From NCBI GenBank assembly GCA_963754385.1, contig CAVWGE010000005.1, positions 207,565-271,564 of the forward strand: a DNA stretch of 64,000 bases, in the 5' to 3' direction. Of the stretch, positions 61,725 through 64,000 are shown piece after piece. The position numbers and the translations under genes were made by a program. Source of the DNA: an uncultured Chloroflexia bacterium (lineage in GTDB: Bacteria; Chloroflexota; Dehalococcoidia; GIF9; UBA5629). How positions within the stretch are numbered: the stretch's first letter is position 1; each line of letters begins with the position of its first letter. The notes below the pieces were generated by a model. It made no database searches. It saw only the letters and a list, made by a program, of their open reading frames with translations, and was not told the origin of the DNA.

Positions 61725-62408
61725 CTAAACTTTTGTCTCTTGTTGCTCCAGCGCCCACATTATGGTGGACCTCAAGTGTTTTGGCGGCTGCATTTTGGCG
61801 TAGTTTTTGATTACTGGCATGTTTTGCAGTTTATCCAGCCGGCCTAGCTTTTTCAGCCTCTCGTAGATTAGATGCCAGCCGCAATCGCGTACATCTGGTT
61901 CAACTTCACACCTGCCATTTTTGGCACCGCCGCAAGTTCCGTTAATCAGCCATTTGGTGCAGGCAGTCAGGGGGCAGATGCCGCCGGTCAAGTCCAGCAC
62001 GCAGTCACCGCATTCACGGCAGCGCTCGCTGCCTCGCCATGTCCCACCGGCACCGCCGACATTGATGGTGTTAGCCGCCGGATGAACCAGTTTGTTTACT
62101 ACCGCCGCGGTAGCTTGAACTCCGATGCCGCAGGTCATTACCAGCAGAGAATCGGCAGCATCTATCTCATCCTCATGTGGGAACAGCCTGGTCTTGACCA
62201 GCGCTTTGTCACAGAGGAAATCGACGACGCAGTAACCGGTGACCGTCTTGCCTTCCTGCTCCAGTTTCTGCTTCATTTCCAGAACCTGAGGCTCATCACC
62301 GGTGTGGCAAACCTCAGCGCAGCCTTTGCAGCCGACTATAAAGATTTTCTTTTCCCCGTTTAAATAGCCAAGGATTTCCGGAAACGGCTTTAATTCAGAG
62401 ATTATCAT
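61725..62408 (-). CDS. metV: MetV (MTHFR Cys-rich small subunit)
   Basis: GCKGCA..C, CGIGVQ, CRECGDC, CPLTAC.K...NG.CGG...GRCEV...CGW. Confidence 0.9.
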   Translation of the reverse strand: MIISELKPFPEILGYLNGEKKIFIVGCKGCAEVCHTGDEPQVLEMKQKLEQEGKTVTGYCVVDFLCDKALVKTRLFPHEDEIDAADSLLVMTCGIGVQATAAVVNKLVHPAANTINVGGAGGTWRGSERCRECGDCVLDLTGGICPLTACTKWLINGTCGGAKNGRCEVEPDVRDCGWHLIYERLKKLGRLDKLQNMPVIKNYAKMQPPKHLRSTIMWALEQQETKV

Positions 62409-62926
62409 TTGTTTACCTCCATAGCTCTATTGGTTTCCTCTATTTCTTGGAGAACTAATTTGATCATCTCGGATAATTTGTCTTCTACTTCTGGGGAAGG
62501 CTCAAGTCCGAAGTCTATGGTCTTGGGTTCGATGCCAATAACGACCGTAGATTTTGGCTGTCTGTTAAGCAAAGCCATCATTTTTAAGCTATCCGATACT
62601 CCTATATCGTGCAAGGAAATAGGTGGCGCTGAATCCAGGTCTACGTTATCGAAGCTGAATCGATATATAGTCCCCGGCTTGTCGCCAGCTTTGACAGCGT
62701 CAATGATGATTAATTTATCCGTATCGTCATTTACCAGAGATAAGAAGTCGGGGTAAGTGCCAGCATCAACTATGTTGACATTGGCATCGTCTACAATACC
62801 GGTTAGTTTTTGAACCAGATGGACTCCTACACCTTCGTCTTTGAGCAGCAGGTTGCCTATCCCCAGAACGGTTATTTTAGGGCTACTGCGAAGCGTTTGC
62901 GTTTTAACAGACTTTGTATACTCCAA
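62405..62926 (-). CDS. Hydrogenase maturation protease (HyaD/HybD family)
   Basis: GIGNLLLKDEGVG, DAGT, IIDAV, SLH. Confidence 0.93.
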   Translation of the reverse strand: MEYTKSVKTQTLRSSPKITVLGIGNLLLKDEGVGVHLVQKLTGIVDDANVNIVDAGTYPDFLSLVNDDTDKLIIIDAVKAGDKPGTIYRFSFDNVDLDSAPPISLHDIGVSDSLKMMALLNRQPKSTVVIGIEPKTIDFGLEPSPEVEDKLSEMIKLVLQEIEETNRAMEVNK

Positions 62927-64000
62927 GAGTTCTCCCTTTAGGCGTGATAACGTGGATGGCGCAAGCTAGACATGGGTCGAAGGAGCGGACTATGCGCCCG
63001 ATTTCAAAGGGATTGCTTTCGTCCTTAATTTTGGTGCCGATAAGGGCTTGTTCCACCGGACCTGGTTGGTTCTTATCATCTCTCGGCCCTAGGTTCCAGG
63101 TGCTAGGCACCACGCACTGGTAATTGGCGATTTTCTTATCTTTTATCTCAATCCAGTGACCCAGAGCGCCTCTGGCACCATCAACCAAACCCATTCCGAA
63201 GGCTTCATCAGGTATGGTGTAGTCTATGTAAGCGGGCGCACCGGGCTTGAGCTGTAGCAGCCACTCCGGCATGGAATCAGCCACGAATTTGGTATAAAGG
63301 GCACGGGCGGCATGGCGACCGAGTACTGAGAATAAGGCCTTGGGGCTGGCCTTGAACTTGGAGAGAACGGAATCAACCAGTTTTTTCACCGTTGGCTCGC
63401 CACTGACATAAGTAGCTGCTATTCGGGCCAGCGGGCCAACTTCATATACTTTTCCATCGTAGCGGGGAGCTTTGGCCCATGAATAAGCCCCTTGTTTGTT
63501 AGGCTGCGGCTCTGTCATGCCCTGAGTTGGATGTTTTCCGGTACTTGAGTCGGTATACCAGGAGTGTTTTACATACTCCATAATCTTGTTCGTGTCCAGG
63601 GCACCAAGCTTGAGGTCAGTTGATACCGTTCCCTGCTTCATAAGTCTCTTCCTCTTAGTGTAATCGGGGTTATTGCCTTCGAGGTCGAAGCTCCCGTAAG
63701 AAAGCAGGTTGCCGCAGCCAGCGCCGATTTCAAAATAGTCGGTATAGGCTTCAGCCACTGCCAGGACATCAGGAATATAGACATTGTCTATAAAGTCCCT
63801 CAGTTCGTTTAGTCTCCACAGGAAAGAAGCTATTTTGTCGACGGTAACGGTCTCGGTAACTCCGCCGGGCATGACTGCCATATTGTGAGGCATTTTGCCC
63901 CCGAAAATAACCAGCATCTCCTGAGCCTTGCGTCTCATCTCCAGGGCTTTAATGTAGTTGGCTGTAGCCGCTATATTTATCTGGTCGCTAAGACGGTAAT
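62904..64000 (-). CDS. [NiFe] hydrogenase large subunit, group 1-like (5' part outside window)
   Basis: Frame open to the window edge; FGGKMPH, YSW.KAPRY, RGALGHW, VPSTWN, RSFDPCLACAIH plus cleavable tail. Confidence 0.95.
   Translation of the reverse strand, partial: YRLSDQINIAATANYIKALEMRRKAQEMLVIFGGKMPHNMAVMPGGVTETVTVDKIASFLWRLNELRDFIDNVYIPDVLAVAEAYTDYFEIGAGCGNLLSYGSFDLEGNNPDYTKRKRLMKQGTVSTDLKLGALDTNKIMEYVKHSWYTDSSTGKHPTQGMTEPQPNKQGAYSWAKAPRYDGKVYEVGPLARIAATYVSGEPTVKKLVDSVLSKFKASPKALFSVLGRHAARALYTKFVADSMPEWLLQLKPGAPAYIDYTIPDEAFGMGLVDGARGALGHWIEIKDKKIANYQCVVPSTWNLGPRDDKNQPGPVEQALIGTKIKDESNPFEIGRIVRSFDPCLACAIHVITPKGRTLGVYKVC

Noticed and set aside
61725-64000. Selenocysteine recoding in MetV or the hydrogenase
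   Set aside because: No in-frame TGA; the C-terminal motif is DPCLAC with Cys

Overview
64 kb of a bacterial chromosome, most likely Dehalococcoidia (Chloroflexi), judged from gene order (dnaA-obg-nadD-gyrB; rpsL-rpsG-fusA-rpsJ without tuf) and an archaeal-type CODH/ACS cluster. 1-10.5 kb is the str/S10/spc ribosomal operon, with an unannotated 31-aa bS22-like gene between rplW and rplB. 10.9-16.1 kb holds gyrB, nadD, obgE, a probable oriC with only degenerate DnaA boxes, and a dnaA that is frameshifted and has altered DNA-recognition residues. 19.1-23.2 kb is a compound island at the 3' end of tRNA-Pro(CGG): an XRE regulator divergent from a small winged-helix-like gene plus a SAMHD1/YwfO-like HD dNTPase (candidate defence/TA module), then a 1.3-kb att-flanked minimal type Ib partition cassette (10 x 9-bp centromere-like array, ParA, RHH adaptor) with no integrase or rep. 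23-36 kb is housekeeping. 36-51 kb is a hybrid Wood-Ljungdahl cluster (acsE, acsD, cdhA, DUF166, cdhB, cdhC, acsC, nuoEF-like, cooC, ACD alpha). The rest is mutL, a type II R-M pair, pcrA, malic enzyme, metFV and a NiFe hydrogenase. A dispersed family of nested palindromic repeats occupies four intergenic sites. All calls were made by eye; no database searches were run.
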